Shown in pieces: positions 1 to 9,618 of a stretch of 64,000 nucleotides of DNA. Origin of the DNA: an uncultured Chloroflexia bacterium (GTDB lineage Bacteria; Chloroflexota; Limnocylindria; Limnocylindrales; CSP1-4); the NCBI GenBank assembly GCA_963720755.1, contig CAVRGP010000015.1:320001-384000 (forward strand), given 5' to 3'. Under the pieces are notes generated by a model. The model saw nothing but the letters and a program-made list of their open reading frames with translations, ran no database searches and was not told the origin of the DNA. The translations under genes and the position numbers were made by a program. Within the stretch, counting starts at the first letter, position 1; each line of letters opens with the position of its first letter.

Positions 1-105
1 CGAGACACCCAGATCGAGTTCGGCCATGTCCACGACGACGTGGTCGTGCTGGGTGCAGCGGCGCTGCTCATGGAGCAGCAGCTGGGCCTGGGGTTGGTGC
101 GATGA
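1..105 (+). CDS. ROK family protein (repressor/kinase), C-terminal end only
   Basis: Frame 1 reads RDTQIEFGHVHDDVVVLGAAALLMEQQLGLGLVR*. LGAAALL is typical of the ROK C-terminal helix, and the gene precedes a sugar ABC operon. Confidence 0.65.
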   Translation, partial: RDTQIEFGHVHDDVVVLGAAALLMEQQLGLGLVR

Positions 106-308
106 TCGCGACCCGGGAGCGCTGGCTCGACGGCCCGCTGGTCGAAGGAATCGACGTCGGTGGCACCGAGACACTGGTCGTCGTCACGGACGAATTGGCC
201 CGTTTCCAGGACGAGCATGTCGCACCGACGGACCGGACATCGCTCGTCGGTCAGATCGCTCGCCACGACATCGGCGCGCCTGAGCGAGAGGGGGTGGGCG
301 AGCGATAA
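102..308 (+). pseudogene. Truncated ROK sugar kinase (N-terminal remnant)
   Basis: ATGA-coupled to the upstream gene. Has the GIDVGGT phosphate-1 motif but stops at 68 aa. Confidence 0.6.
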
Positions 309-399
309 CGTACGGATGCGTTCGCCGGAGAGTCGGCTATCATGCCTGAACCAGGGAAAAACACGCACCGGTGTGGGGCGTGTGGAGGAGGAGAGATTC

Positions 400-1893
400 A
401 TGGCCAAGAGATTATGGACAACGTCCGTTCTAGCGGTCGTTGTCGCGATGCTTGTCGTCGCATGCGGCTCGAGCACCACGACGCCCGCGCCGAGCGCGGC
501 CGCGCCGAGCGCGTCCGCCATGGCGAGCGAACCGGCGCCGAGTGAGTCCGCCATGGCGAGCGCTGAGCCGACGGCCCCGCCGCCGGCAGCCGTGCCGACG
601 GTCCCGACCGGGTACACGGAGCTTGATGCAGCCCTTGGTGCTGACCAGCCGTACAAGGGCAAGAAGGTCACCGTGCAGGTCCAGTGGACCGGCGGCGAGC
701 TGACGAACTTCCAGGCCGCGATCGCCGACTTTGCTGCGGCGACGGGCATCACCATCCAGGTCGACAGCGTCCCCTCGAGCAACGAGACGGTGCTGAAGAG
801 CCGGATCGAAGGCGGCTCCCCGCCGGACATCGCGCAGCTCGCCCAGCCGACGCCGGTCCTGTCGTACGCAGCCCAGGGCAAGGTGCTCGACCTGGCGACC
901 TTCATGGACACCAGCAAACTGAAGGCTGAATACCCGGCCACCATCGGCCTGATCTCGACGGCCACCTCCATCTGGGGGATCCCGTACAAGGCCGATAGCA
1001 AGTCGAACGTCTGGTACCCGGTCAAGGCGTTCGCCGCCAAGGGCTACGAAGTTCCGAAGACCTGGGACGATCTGATCGCCCTGTCCGACAAGATCGTGGC
1101 CGACGGCAGCAACCCGTGGTGCATCAGCGCCGGCGGACCCGGCGACGCGACGGGCTGGCAGATCACCGACTGGATCGAGGAAGTCGTCCTCAAGACGAAG
1201 GGCCTCGACTACTACAACAACTGGATCAGCCATTCCGTCAAGTTCCAGGATCCGGGGATCAAGGCCGCGTTCGACGACTATGTCGGCAAGATCTTCTTCA
1301 CCCCGAACTATGTCTATGGCGGCCCGACGGCGATCATCAACACCGACCAGAAGACCACCATGGATCCGATGTTCAACAACAACCTGCAGGACCCGCAGTG
1401 CTGGATGCAGAAGATCGCGACCTGGTACGGGCCGGACTTCTTCCCGGATCAGCGCGACAGCGGGCAGCCATCCCAGTACACCATCGGCGCTGATGGCGAC
1501 ATCGGGTTGTTCGCCTTCCCGACGATCGATCCGAACCAGAACAACGTCGAGGGTTCGGCAGACACCATGATGGCGCTCGTCGACCGACCCGAGGTCCGGG
1601 CAGTCATCGAGTTCTTCGCCACGCCGCAGGGCCTCCAGAACTGGATCCTCGCCGGCAGCGCGATCTCGCCCAACAACACCACCCCCGCCGAATGGTATGC
1701 CGGCTCCTACAAACTGCAGGTCGCCGCGGACATCATCAACAATGCAAGCGGCGTCGGCTTCGACGCGTCGGACCTCATGCCCGGCGCCGTCGGTTCCGGA
1801 ACGTTCTGGACCCAGACAGTCGACTGGGTGAACAACAACGGCTCCAACACGGATGCCGTCCTGAAGGCCATCGACGATAGTTGGCCGAAATAG
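400..1893 (+). CDS. Carbohydrate ABC transporter substrate-binding lipoprotein (AglE-like)
   Basis: GGAGGAGGAG RBS before ATG 400; lipobox VVAC; Pro/Ala/Ser linker; FDASDLMPGAVGSGTFW-type C-terminus. Confidence 0.9.
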   Translation: MAKRLWTTSVLAVVVAMLVVACGSSTTTPAPSAAAPSASAMASEPAPSESAMASAEPTAPPPAAVPTVPTGYTELDAALGADQPYKGKKVTVQVQWTGGELTNFQAAIADFAAATGITIQVDSVPSSNETVLKSRIEGGSPPDIAQLAQPTPVLSYAAQGKVLDLATFMDTSKLKAEYPATIGLISTATSIWGIPYKADSKSNVWYPVKAFAAKGYEVPKTWDDLIALSDKIVADGSNPWCISAGGPGDATGWQITDWIEEVVLKTKGLDYYNNWISHSVKFQDPGIKAAFDDYVGKIFFTPNYVYGGPTAIINTDQKTTMDPMFNNNLQDPQCWMQKIATWYGPDFFPDQRDSGQPSQYTIGADGDIGLFAFPTIDPNQNNVEGSADTMMALVDRPEVRAVIEFFATPQGLQNWILAGSAISPNNTTPAEWYAGSYKLQVAADIINNASGVGFDASDLMPGAVGSGTFWTQTVDWVNNNGSNTDAVLKAIDDSWPK

Positions 1894-1925
1894 GTTCGTA
1901 AGTCAGCAGTGACCTCTTAGCGATC

Positions 1926-1964
1926 AACGGGGCGCGCTACCCATCCTGGGTGGCGCGCCCCGTT
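1926..1964 (+). terminator. Intercistronic stem-loop after the SBP gene (partial terminator or mRNA stabiliser)
   Basis: AACGGGGCGCGC...GCGCGCCCCGTT 12-bp perfect stem, followed by a short T run. Confidence 0.7.
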
Positions 1965-1990
1965 TACTATGTTCAGGGAAGGGAGGACCG

Positions 1991-3157
1991 ATGACTGCCG
2001 TTGTGGGCACCGAGAAACCCGGGCTGTCGCGATTTGTCGTGCCGATCGCCGGCCTCGTCGCCGTCGCCCTGTGCATCGTCGGCATCCGAATCCTCCTCGA
2101 TCCGCAGGGTGCCCAGAACCTGCTCGCGTTGATCTACGACGCGCTGGGTAACGCCTCGGGCGCTGACGAGCTGCGCAATGGGCTAGGTGACCAGGGACTC
2201 TCCAAGATCCTTCTGGCGATCATCGCGATCGCCGTCGGCGTGGGTGGTATCTGGCTGCTGTTCATGGGCTTGGGGTCGTTGGTCGGCAAGCTGCAGCCGA
2301 AGTGGCGCGATCGGATCCTGCCATGGGTGTTCGTCGGCCCGGCGCTGATCCTGCTGACTGTGTACCTGCTGTACCCGGGCATTGGAACGGTCTGGCGCAG
2401 CCTGTTCGACGCCGAGGGTGCGTTCACGCTCGACAACTATGTCGCGATGACCAAGCCCGACTTCATCGAGATCCTGCGCAACAACGTCATCTGGCTGATC
2501 CTGGCGACAGGCGGAAGCGTGGGCCTCGGTCTCATCATCGCCGGTCTCTTCGACCGCGTCCGTCGCGAGTCACTGGCCAAGACGTTGGTCTTCCTGCCCC
2601 TCGCGATCTCGCTCATCGGCGCATCCGTCATCTGGGGGTTCATGTACGCCTGGGAGCCGGCCCAGCAACCCCAGATCGGGCTTCTGAACGCGATCATCGT
2701 GGGCCTTGGCGGGCAGGCCATACCCTTCTTCACGACGAGCCCGCTCAACATCCCGGCAGAGATCGTGATCATGGTCTGGCTGCAGACGGGCTTCGCGATG
2801 GTCGTGCTCTCAGCGGCGATCAAGGGCGTCTCCACGGAGGTCATCGAGGCCGCTCGGCTCGATGGAGCCAATGAGCGCCAGCTCTTCTTCGGGGTGATCG
2901 TGCCGCTGATCCGCGGCTCCATCATCACGGTCGCCACGACGATCGCCATCGTCACGCTCAAGATCTTCGACATCGTCTACGTCACGACGGGTGGCCGGTT
3001 CCACGACGACGTCGTCGCCAATCGGATGTTCCACGAGATGTTCCAGTTCTTCAACGACGGGAGGGCCGCGGCCATGGCAACCCTGCTCTTCATCGCCGTG
3101 CTTCCCGTGATGTACGTGAACCTGCACAACTTCCGACGACAGCAGGTGGAACGATGA
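1991..3157 (+). CDS. Carbohydrate ABC transporter permease (MalF-like)
   Basis: Multiple TM helices; EAA motif EAARLDGA; GGAGG RBS. Confidence 0.92.
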   Translation: MTAVVGTEKPGLSRFVVPIAGLVAVALCIVGIRILLDPQGAQNLLALIYDALGNASGADELRNGLGDQGLSKILLAIIAIAVGVGGIWLLFMGLGSLVGKLQPKWRDRILPWVFVGPALILLTVYLLYPGIGTVWRSLFDAEGAFTLDNYVAMTKPDFIEILRNNVIWLILATGGSVGLGLIIAGLFDRVRRESLAKTLVFLPLAISLIGASVIWGFMYAWEPAQQPQIGLLNAIIVGLGGQAIPFFTTSPLNIPAEIVIMVWLQTGFAMVVLSAAIKGVSTEVIEAARLDGANERQLFFGVIVPLIRGSIITVATTIAIVTLKIFDIVYVTTGGRFHDDVVANRMFHEMFQFFNDGRAAAMATLLFIAVLPVMYVNLHNFRRQQVER

Positions 3158-4056
3158 CCGCGCCGGCACAGCCCACCGCGCGGCCAGTGGCGCGCGTCGC
3201 CGCCTGGCGACCACCGCTCCTGCGCAGCCTGCCGGTGCGACTGGCCGTGTTCGCGATCTGCTTCCTGTGGACGGTGCCCACGCTGGGCCTGCTGGTGACC
3301 TCATTCCGCAATCCGGAGTTGGTCAGCACGACGGGCTGGTGGACGGCGCTGACCGACCCGTTCGCTCCAAACCAGTGGACCCTGGGGAACTACCAGCAGG
3401 TCATCAATAGCGGCGGCATGGGCGATGCGTTCCTGAACAGCTTGATCGTGACCATCCCGGCGACCGTCATCCCGATCACGATCGCGGCGTTCGCCGCGTA
3501 CGCGTTCGCCTGGATCCCGTTCCGCGGCCGCGGCATCCTGTTCACCGTCGTGGTGGGACTTCTGGTGGTGCCCATCCAGATGTCGCTGATCCCGATCCTC
3601 AAGATCTACAGCGCCGGATCCCTGTACGGCACGTTCATCGGCATCTGGCTTGCCCACACGGGCTTCGGCCTGCCGCTGGCGATCTTCCTGCTCTACAACT
3701 TCATCTCGCAGTTGCCGCGCGATCTGTTCGAGTCGGCCGCCCTCGACGGGGCATCGCACCTGCAGATCTTCAGGCGGCTTGTGTTGCCGCTGTCCATCCC
3801 GGCACTGGGCGCCTTCGCGATCTTCCAGTTCCTGTGGGTCTGGAACGACCTGCTCGTGGCGTTGGTCTTCCTGGGTCCGGCCACGGACCTGCGGGTCATG
3901 CCGACTGCGCTGTTTGCGCTGTTAGGGAGCCGCGGAGGCCAGTGGCAACTCCTGACTGCTGGTGCGTTCATCACCATGGCCATGCCGCTGATCGTCTTCC
4001 TGGTTCTCCAGCGCGCATTCGTGAGAGGGATCCTGGCGGGCTCCGTCAAGTCGTGA
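3154..4056 (+). CDS. Carbohydrate ABC transporter permease (MalG-like)
   Basis: ESAALDGA; FLWVWNDLL; ATGA overlap. Confidence 0.92.
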   Translation: MTAPAQPTARPVARVAAWRPPLLRSLPVRLAVFAICFLWTVPTLGLLVTSFRNPELVSTTGWWTALTDPFAPNQWTLGNYQQVINSGGMGDAFLNSLIVTIPATVIPITIAAFAAYAFAWIPFRGRGILFTVVVGLLVVPIQMSLIPILKIYSAGSLYGTFIGIWLAHTGFGLPLAIFLLYNFISQLPRDLFESAALDGASHLQIFRRLVLPLSIPALGAFAIFQFLWVWNDLLVALVFLGPATDLRVMPTALFALLGSRGGQWQLLTAGAFITMAMPLIVFLVLQRAFVRGILAGSVKS

Positions 4057-5627
4057 CGCTGGCGCGGCTCATGATCGCGTTCGCCGGCACGGAGCTGTCG
4101 CGGTCGGCAGCCAGGCGGATCGCCGAACACGACGCAGCCGGTGTGACGCTCTTCCGCGCCCAGAACGTCGTCGATCCGCCCCAGATCCGGGGCCTGACCG
4201 CGGCCATCCAGGGCGCGCGGCCAGCGGGAGCGCCACCGTTGCTCGTAGCTGTTGACCAGGAGGGCGGCCAGCTGGTCGGCCTGGGCGAGGGGACGACGCG
4301 GTTCGCGGGTGCGATGGCGCTTGGGGCGGCCGGCGACGAAGCGCTTGCCGAGCGCGTCGCCGGCGCGACGGCGCGCGAGCTGCGTGCCCTCGGCGTCAAT
4401 GTGAACTACGCGCCGGTCTGCGACCTGGCCAACAATCCGTCGAATCCGGCGCTCGGCATCCGCAGCTTCGGCGACGACCCCGAGACCGTCGGGCGACTGG
4501 CGTCGGCGACCGTCCGCGGCCTGCAAGGCGAAGGCGTGGCCGCCACGGCCAAACACTTCCCGGGTAGCGGCGATACTGCAGCGGATCCGCACCACGAGTT
4601 GCCGCTGGTGCGCCGGACGAACTCAGAGTTGGCTGAGCGGGAGCTGGTCCCGTTTCGGGTCGCGGTGGAGGCCGGCGTGCGGATGGTCATGACCGGCCAT
4701 GTCGCCTTGCCCGGTCAGCCCGACGACCTTCCAGCCAGCCTGTCCGGCGCGGTCCTGCGCGACCTGTTGCGGGGGCATCTGCAATTCGACGGCGTCACGG
4801 TGACCGATTCGCTGGACATGCACGCCCTGGCCCAGGGCTCGGCGCAGATCGTCGATGCCGTCGCCGCCCTCCGTGCCGGCGAAGATGTCCTGCTCGGACC
4901 GCCAGACGAGCCAGTGATGGAACGGCTCGAGCAGGGCCTCGCGCAGGCGCAGATGCGAGGCCTGATCGACGCGAACGACGACGCTGCGGCGAAGCGCCGG
5001 TTGTTCGAGCTGCGCCGCTGGCTGGGAAGCTACGAGCAGCCGTCGCTCGACGTCGTCGGGTGCAGCGAACATCAGGCACTCGCCGCAGAGCTGGCCCAAC
5101 GTTCGATCACCCTCGTTCGCAACAATGACCGGCTGCTGCCGTTGCGGCCGGCTGCAGACGCTCGCATCGCGGTCGTCCAGTCGATGCCCGCCGACCTGAC
5201 CCCTGCCGACACGTCGTCGAAGGTGCCGCCGATGTTGGCGTCGGCGCTCCGTCGCCGACTCGCGGGCGTGGAAGAGATCCTCCTCCCGGCGATGCCGGGC
5301 GAGCCTGAGATCGCGGGTCTCAGTGAGCGCCTGCAAGGCTACGACCTCGTCGTCGTCGGGACGTTGTCCGCTCACCTCCAGCCGGCGCAGGCCGCGCTTG
5401 CCGCGGCGGTCCTGGCCTCCGGTGCGCCGACCGTCACCATCGCCCTGCGCACCCCGTGGGACTTGACCGTCTACCCGTCCGCACGAACCCATGTCTGCAG
5501 CTACGGGATCCTGGCGCCGTCGATGGAGGCGCTGGCGGCCGCGCTGCTGGGCGAGACGCCGTTCGTCGGCCGGTTGCCGGTCGACATGGCTGGGCTGTAT
5601 CCACGCGGTCACGGGCTCGCGGCATGA
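4053..5627 (+). CDS. nagZ: GH3 beta-N-acetylhexosaminidase (NagZ-like, two-domain)
   Basis: VDQEGG, NYAPVCD, RSFG, KHFPGSGDT..DPH, MTGH, TDSLDM; GTGA-coupled start. Confidence 0.8.
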   Translation: MTLARLMIAFAGTELSRSAARRIAEHDAAGVTLFRAQNVVDPPQIRGLTAAIQGARPAGAPPLLVAVDQEGGQLVGLGEGTTRFAGAMALGAAGDEALAERVAGATARELRALGVNVNYAPVCDLANNPSNPALGIRSFGDDPETVGRLASATVRGLQGEGVAATAKHFPGSGDTAADPHHELPLVRRTNSELAERELVPFRVAVEAGVRMVMTGHVALPGQPDDLPASLSGAVLRDLLRGHLQFDGVTVTDSLDMHALAQGSAQIVDAVAALRAGEDVLLGPPDEPVMERLEQGLAQAQMRGLIDANDDAAAKRRLFELRRWLGSYEQPSLDVVGCSEHQALAAELAQRSITLVRNNDRLLPLRPAADARIAVVQSMPADLTPADTSSKVPPMLASALRRRLAGVEEILLPAMPGEPEIAGLSERLQGYDLVVVGTLSAHLQPAQAALAAAVLASGAPTVTIALRTPWDLTVYPSARTHVCSYGILAPSMEALAAALLGETPFVGRLPVDMAGLYPRGHGLAA

Positions 5628-6661
5628 GCGTGCGGGACGAGATCCTGGAGCAGCCGGACGCCGCCCAGCGGCTCCTCGACGCGGCACCGACAGCGTTCGC
5701 CCCGATATCTGCCGCGCTGCGGGCGCGCCGGCCGCGGTTCGCCGTCATCGTCGCCCGCGGCTCCTCGGACCACGCGGGCATCTATGCGCAGTACCTGCTG
5801 GCGATCCGGAACAGCATGGTCGTCGCCCTCGCGGCGCCGTCCACGGTCACGCTCTATGGAGCGCGCCCGGATATGAGCGAGGCGCTGGTCGTCGGCATCT
5901 CGCAATCGGGCCGATCACCGGACATGGTCGCCGTGGTCGACGAGGCGCGCCGTCAGGGCGCGCTGACCGTCGCGCTGACGAACGACGCCACCTCCCCCCT
6001 GGCCGAGACGGCAGACCACGTGGTCGACCTGCGGGCGGGGCCGGAGCGGGCTACGGCCGCGACCAAGACCTACACGGCTGAGCTGCTGGCGGTGGCGCTG
6101 CTGTCGACGGCCCTCGATCCGCCCTCGCCGGCAGAGACGGTCGACCTGGTCGGCTTGCCCGGGCTCGTCTCGGCAGCGCTTCTGGCGGAGCCTTCGGCGC
6201 GTGACCTCGCCGCCGGGCACGCCGAGCGTCAGCGGGCTGTCGTGCTCGGCCGCGGCTACAGCTACGCGAGCGCACGCGAGTGGGGGCTCAAGCTCCAGGA
6301 GATGGCGCAGCTTGCTGCCATGCCGTATTCAGCGGCGGACTTCGAGCATGGCCCCCTTGCCATGGCTGAACCCGGCTTGCCGATCCTGGCGGTGGCTCCG
6401 AGCGGTCCCGAGCTGGATGCCCAGGTTGCGTTGCTGGCCAGCCTCAAGGAGGACCACGGCGCACGCTTGCTGGTGATCTCGGACTCCCCGAGCGCACGTG
6501 AGATCGACGAGGGGCTCGTCCTGCCAGACGGCGTCCCGCCCTGGCTGGCGCCGATCGTCGAGATCGTGCCCGCCCAGCTGTACGCCTATCACCTGACGCT
6601 TGCGCGCGGCCTCGACACCGAGCACCCGCGCACGATCCGCAAGGTCACCGAGACGCGCTAG
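5624..6661 (+). CDS. Double-SIS-domain sugar-phosphate isomerase/deaminase (GlmS C-terminal-like, glucosamine-6-P deaminase type)
   Basis: EILEQP, ARGSSDHA, ISQSGRSPD, ATKTY, LKLQE, FEHGP, KVTETR. Confidence 0.85.
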   Translation: MSVRDEILEQPDAAQRLLDAAPTAFAPISAALRARRPRFAVIVARGSSDHAGIYAQYLLAIRNSMVVALAAPSTVTLYGARPDMSEALVVGISQSGRSPDMVAVVDEARRQGALTVALTNDATSPLAETADHVVDLRAGPERATAATKTYTAELLAVALLSTALDPPSPAETVDLVGLPGLVSAALLAEPSARDLAAGHAERQRAVVLGRGYSYASAREWGLKLQEMAQLAAMPYSAADFEHGPLAMAEPGLPILAVAPSGPELDAQVALLASLKEDHGARLLVISDSPSAREIDEGLVLPDGVPPWLAPIVEIVPAQLYAYHLTLARGLDTEHPRTIRKVTETR

Positions 6662-6703
6662 CACCGGCGATCGGACGCCCGGTCGGCCCGAGGTGGAGCG
6701 GGG

Positions 6704-8065
6704 CTACTCTCGGGCCAGGAGGCGCTGATACCAGCGCGCGCTGTCCTTGAGGGTGCGACGCTGGCTGCTGTAGTCAACGTGGATCAGGCCGAAGCGTCGG
6801 GTGTAGCCAAGGCTCCACTCATAGTTGTCGAGCAGCGACCAGACGTGATACCCGGTCAGTGGCACGCCGGCTTGAAGCGCCTCGGATGCCGCGGCGACGT
6901 GGCGGGCAAGGTAGTCGACCCTGGCCACATCGCGTACCCGGCCGTCCTGATCGACGGTATCCGGATACGCCGCGCCGTTCTCCGTGACCACGATCTCAGG
7001 TGGCGCGTACGTCCGGTTGAGCTCGAGCAGGACGTCACGCAGGCCATCGGGCGCCACGTGCCAGTCCATCTGCGTCTGCTCGGAGTCCGGGAGGGCACCG
7101 ATCTCCCAGTCGAACGCGCGATCGGAGTTGGCGCTGACCGAGTCGCGCCGGTAGTAGTTCAGGCCGAGGTAGTCGAGATCACCGGCCGGCGGCTCCGCGA
7201 GTTCGATGCCTTCGAGGTGCCCCGCCTCACGGTGCGCTTCGAGTCCCAGCGTCGGGTAGCCGCGACCGAACAGCGGATCGAGGAACCACGCGTCGCGAGC
7301 CGAACTCCAGCGGGCGGCAGCGACCCGATCCCGATCAGAATCGGTCGCCGGCGCGACCTGGTTGACATCGATCGCCACGCCGATCTTGGCGCGGTCGACC
7401 TGCGCCCGGATCGTGCGGGCGGCGGCGGCGTGAGCGCGCAGCTCGTTGTCGGCGACACGGATCGCGGTCGGCCAGTCACGCAGCCCCGGCGCATGGATGC
7501 CGTCGGCATGGCCGAGAAAGGCGAAGACGGCCGGCTCGTTGAACGTCATCCAATCCTTGACCCGGTCGCCCAGGTTCGTCGTCATCAACTCGGTGTAGTC
7601 GGTGAACCAGCCCACGACCTCCGGGTTGGCGAAGCCACCGCGGTCCTGCAGCGCCTGCGGCAGGTCCCAATGGAAAAGGTTGACGAGCGGTTGGATGCCC
7701 GCCTCGAGGATGGTGTCGACGAGGCGCCGGTAGAAGTCGAGGCCGGGCTGGTTGATGGCGCCCGTGCCCATCGGGATCACGCGGGACCAGCTGACGCTGA
7801 AGCGATAGGCGCGCGCCCCGAGCTCGGCCATCAGTCCGATGTCGCTCGGGTACCGGTGGAAATGGTCGCACGCGACGTCGCCCGTGCTTCCGTCCGCGAT
7901 CGCGCCAGGTTGGCGGGCGAAGGTGTCCCAGATCGACGGTCGTCGGCCATCCTCTGCCGCCGCCCCCTCGATCTGATAGGCAGACGCGGCGAACCCCCAG
8001 GCGAAGTCGACCGGGAATCGCCGGGCGAGTCGGGTCGGGTCGCTGTCGAAGGCCGATCTCATCAC
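6704..8065 (-). CDS. bglA: GH1 beta-glucosidase
   Basis: WGFAASAYQIEG, TFNEP, VTENG, DNYEW. Start at GTG 8065 or ATG 8062. Confidence 0.92.
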   Translation of the reverse strand: MMRSAFDSDPTRLARRFPVDFAWGFAASAYQIEGAAAEDGRRPSIWDTFARQPGAIADGSTGDVACDHFHRYPSDIGLMAELGARAYRFSVSWSRVIPMGTGAINQPGLDFYRRLVDTILEAGIQPLVNLFHWDLPQALQDRGGFANPEVVGWFTDYTELMTTNLGDRVKDWMTFNEPAVFAFLGHADGIHAPGLRDWPTAIRVADNELRAHAAAARTIRAQVDRAKIGVAIDVNQVAPATDSDRDRVAAARWSSARDAWFLDPLFGRGYPTLGLEAHREAGHLEGIELAEPPAGDLDYLGLNYYRRDSVSANSDRAFDWEIGALPDSEQTQMDWHVAPDGLRDVLLELNRTYAPPEIVVTENGAAYPDTVDQDGRVRDVARVDYLARHVAAASEALQAGVPLTGYHVWSLLDNYEWSLGYTRRFGLIHVDYSSQRRTLKDSARWYQRLLARE

Positions 8066-8204
8066 CACCGAAGCGTATCCGCAACACCGACAGGACGTCG
8101 GGTCCGATCGGCAGGCGCCGGGCGGCGAACCGCCCAGGATCGCCCGGTGCATTCGCGGCCCCTGCTACGATGCCCTTGAAATCCGTCGATCCTCGGAGGG
8201 GCAC

Positions 8205-8957
8205 GTGCCGCTTGAATTCCTGAAACGCCGAGGTGGCGCCGACGCCGCATCCGAATCGGACGCGAAGCCGGCCACGTCCACCCTCATGCCTGAGGAGATC
8301 GTCGCTCAGGACCATGTCCTTAAGCTGTACTACGCCGGCAAGAGCAGTGAGGGCGTTCGGCTCAAGGCGGGTCCAGCCGCCGTCGCGGAGCTGCCCGGGA
8401 TGCTTGTGGGTCTGGCCCTGTCCGAGATCGAGGTCGTGGACCCGCTGCCGATCGAATTCAGCCAGGCGACCCCGACGATCGTGTCGCCGTCCGAGGCGAT
8501 GCAGTGGTTGAACGCCCACCACGTCCACTCGCCGATCACCCGGCACGCCCTCGTCGTGCTTGAGTCGATCGATGCGGTCGACCTGGCATTCGACACCTTC
8601 GTCTGTGCGCTCCTCGACGGGGAGGTCGATACGTCGGGCTATCCGGAATACAACGCCATCGTCGGTGGGGTCGCGGCCCACTGGGACGAGGCGACCGGCG
8701 ACATGATCTGTCGCGCCGTGGTCGGTTGGGGTGGCAAAGGGGTTCGCGGCGACACGGACCGGATCGGGGCGCGCATCCTCGGCGGGCTCCTCAACGCGAT
8801 CCTCGCGAGTCAATATGCACTGGGATTGACGCCGGTCGATCGACCGGTCCCGGCGGCCGGTCGCGGTGGCCTTGTGTGCGCGCACTGCGGCTTCGCATCG
8901 GCCCACGAGCGAGCGTTCTATTGCCCGAAGTGCGGCATGCGTCTCCTGCGCGGCTGA
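8205..8957 (+). CDS. Hypothetical protein with C-terminal zinc ribbon
   Basis: GGAGGGG RBS before GTG; CAHC...CPKCG; N-terminal domain not recognised. Confidence 0.75.
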   Translation: MPLEFLKRRGGADAASESDAKPATSTLMPEEIVAQDHVLKLYYAGKSSEGVRLKAGPAAVAELPGMLVGLALSEIEVVDPLPIEFSQATPTIVSPSEAMQWLNAHHVHSPITRHALVVLESIDAVDLAFDTFVCALLDGEVDTSGYPEYNAIVGGVAAHWDEATGDMICRAVVGWGGKGVRGDTDRIGARILGGLLNAILASQYALGLTPVDRPVPAAGRGGLVCAHCGFASAHERAFYCPKCGMRLLRG

Positions 8958-8966
8958 GTCGACCCG

Positions 8967-9344
8967 ATGCCGGCCTACGACTATGACTGCGCGGCGTGTG
9001 GCCGTCGGTTCGAGGTGATCCACGGCGTGCACGCCGAGCGGCCGACGACCTGCCTGCTGTGCGGAAGCGGCCCGATCCGAAAGGCGATCAGTGCGCCGGC
9101 GATCCACTACAAGGGTTCGGGCTGGGCGAAGAAGGAACGGAGCGCGACCGCCACACCGAAGTCGAGCGAGACGAAATCGACCGAGGCGAAGCCGGGCGAG
9201 TCGAAGTCGACAGAGCCGACCACCACCGGATCCGCAGGGCGATCCAGCGAATCAAAGCCTCAGGGCGGGACCTCGGACGGCGGGCAGACACCGACACCGT
9301 CGTCGACCTCGGTGTCGTCCGGGTCGCCTGGCGCCAGCGACTGA
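8967..9344 (+). CDS. FmdB-family zinc-ribbon regulatory protein
   Basis: MPAYDYDCAACG...CLLCG...IHYKGSGW with a Ser/Thr/Lys-rich tail. Confidence 0.85.
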   Translation: MPAYDYDCAACGRRFEVIHGVHAERPTTCLLCGSGPIRKAISAPAIHYKGSGWAKKERSATATPKSSETKSTEAKPGESKSTEPTTTGSAGRSSESKPQGGTSDGGQTPTPSSTSVSSGSPGASD

Positions 9345-9349
9345 CGTCG

Positions 9350-9586
9350 ATGGCCGCCACGGATTGGATCACGCTCGCAGAAGCTGCGGAGATCCTGGCC
9401 GCCTCGAACGTCCACTTCACGACCGACACGATCGGTGGCTGGGCACGCTCGGGCCGCCTCCAGAGCATCAAGCTCGGCGGTCGCAGGTTCGTGCGTCGGG
9501 GTGAGGTGCGGGCGCTCGTGAGCGTCCCGCGACGGGTTCGGGCCGAGGACCTCCAGCCGGGCTTGTTCCAGGACCTGGACCCCTGA
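9350..9586 (+). CDS. Excisionase/MerR-like (HTH_17, BldC-like) DNA-binding protein
   Basis: WITLAEAAEIL...TIGGWARSGRLQSIKLGGRRFVRR. Confidence 0.8.
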   Translation: MAATDWITLAEAAEILAASNVHFTTDTIGGWARSGRLQSIKLGGRRFVRRGEVRALVSVPRRVRAEDLQPGLFQDLDP

Positions 9587-9618
9587 AACTGCCTTGGCGG
9601 GTCGATCCGGCCGCCGTC

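Noticed and set aside
484-600. Repeated CCGCCATGGCGAGC units in the SBP gene
   Set aside because: Ordinary low-complexity lipoprotein linker (SAMAS twice).
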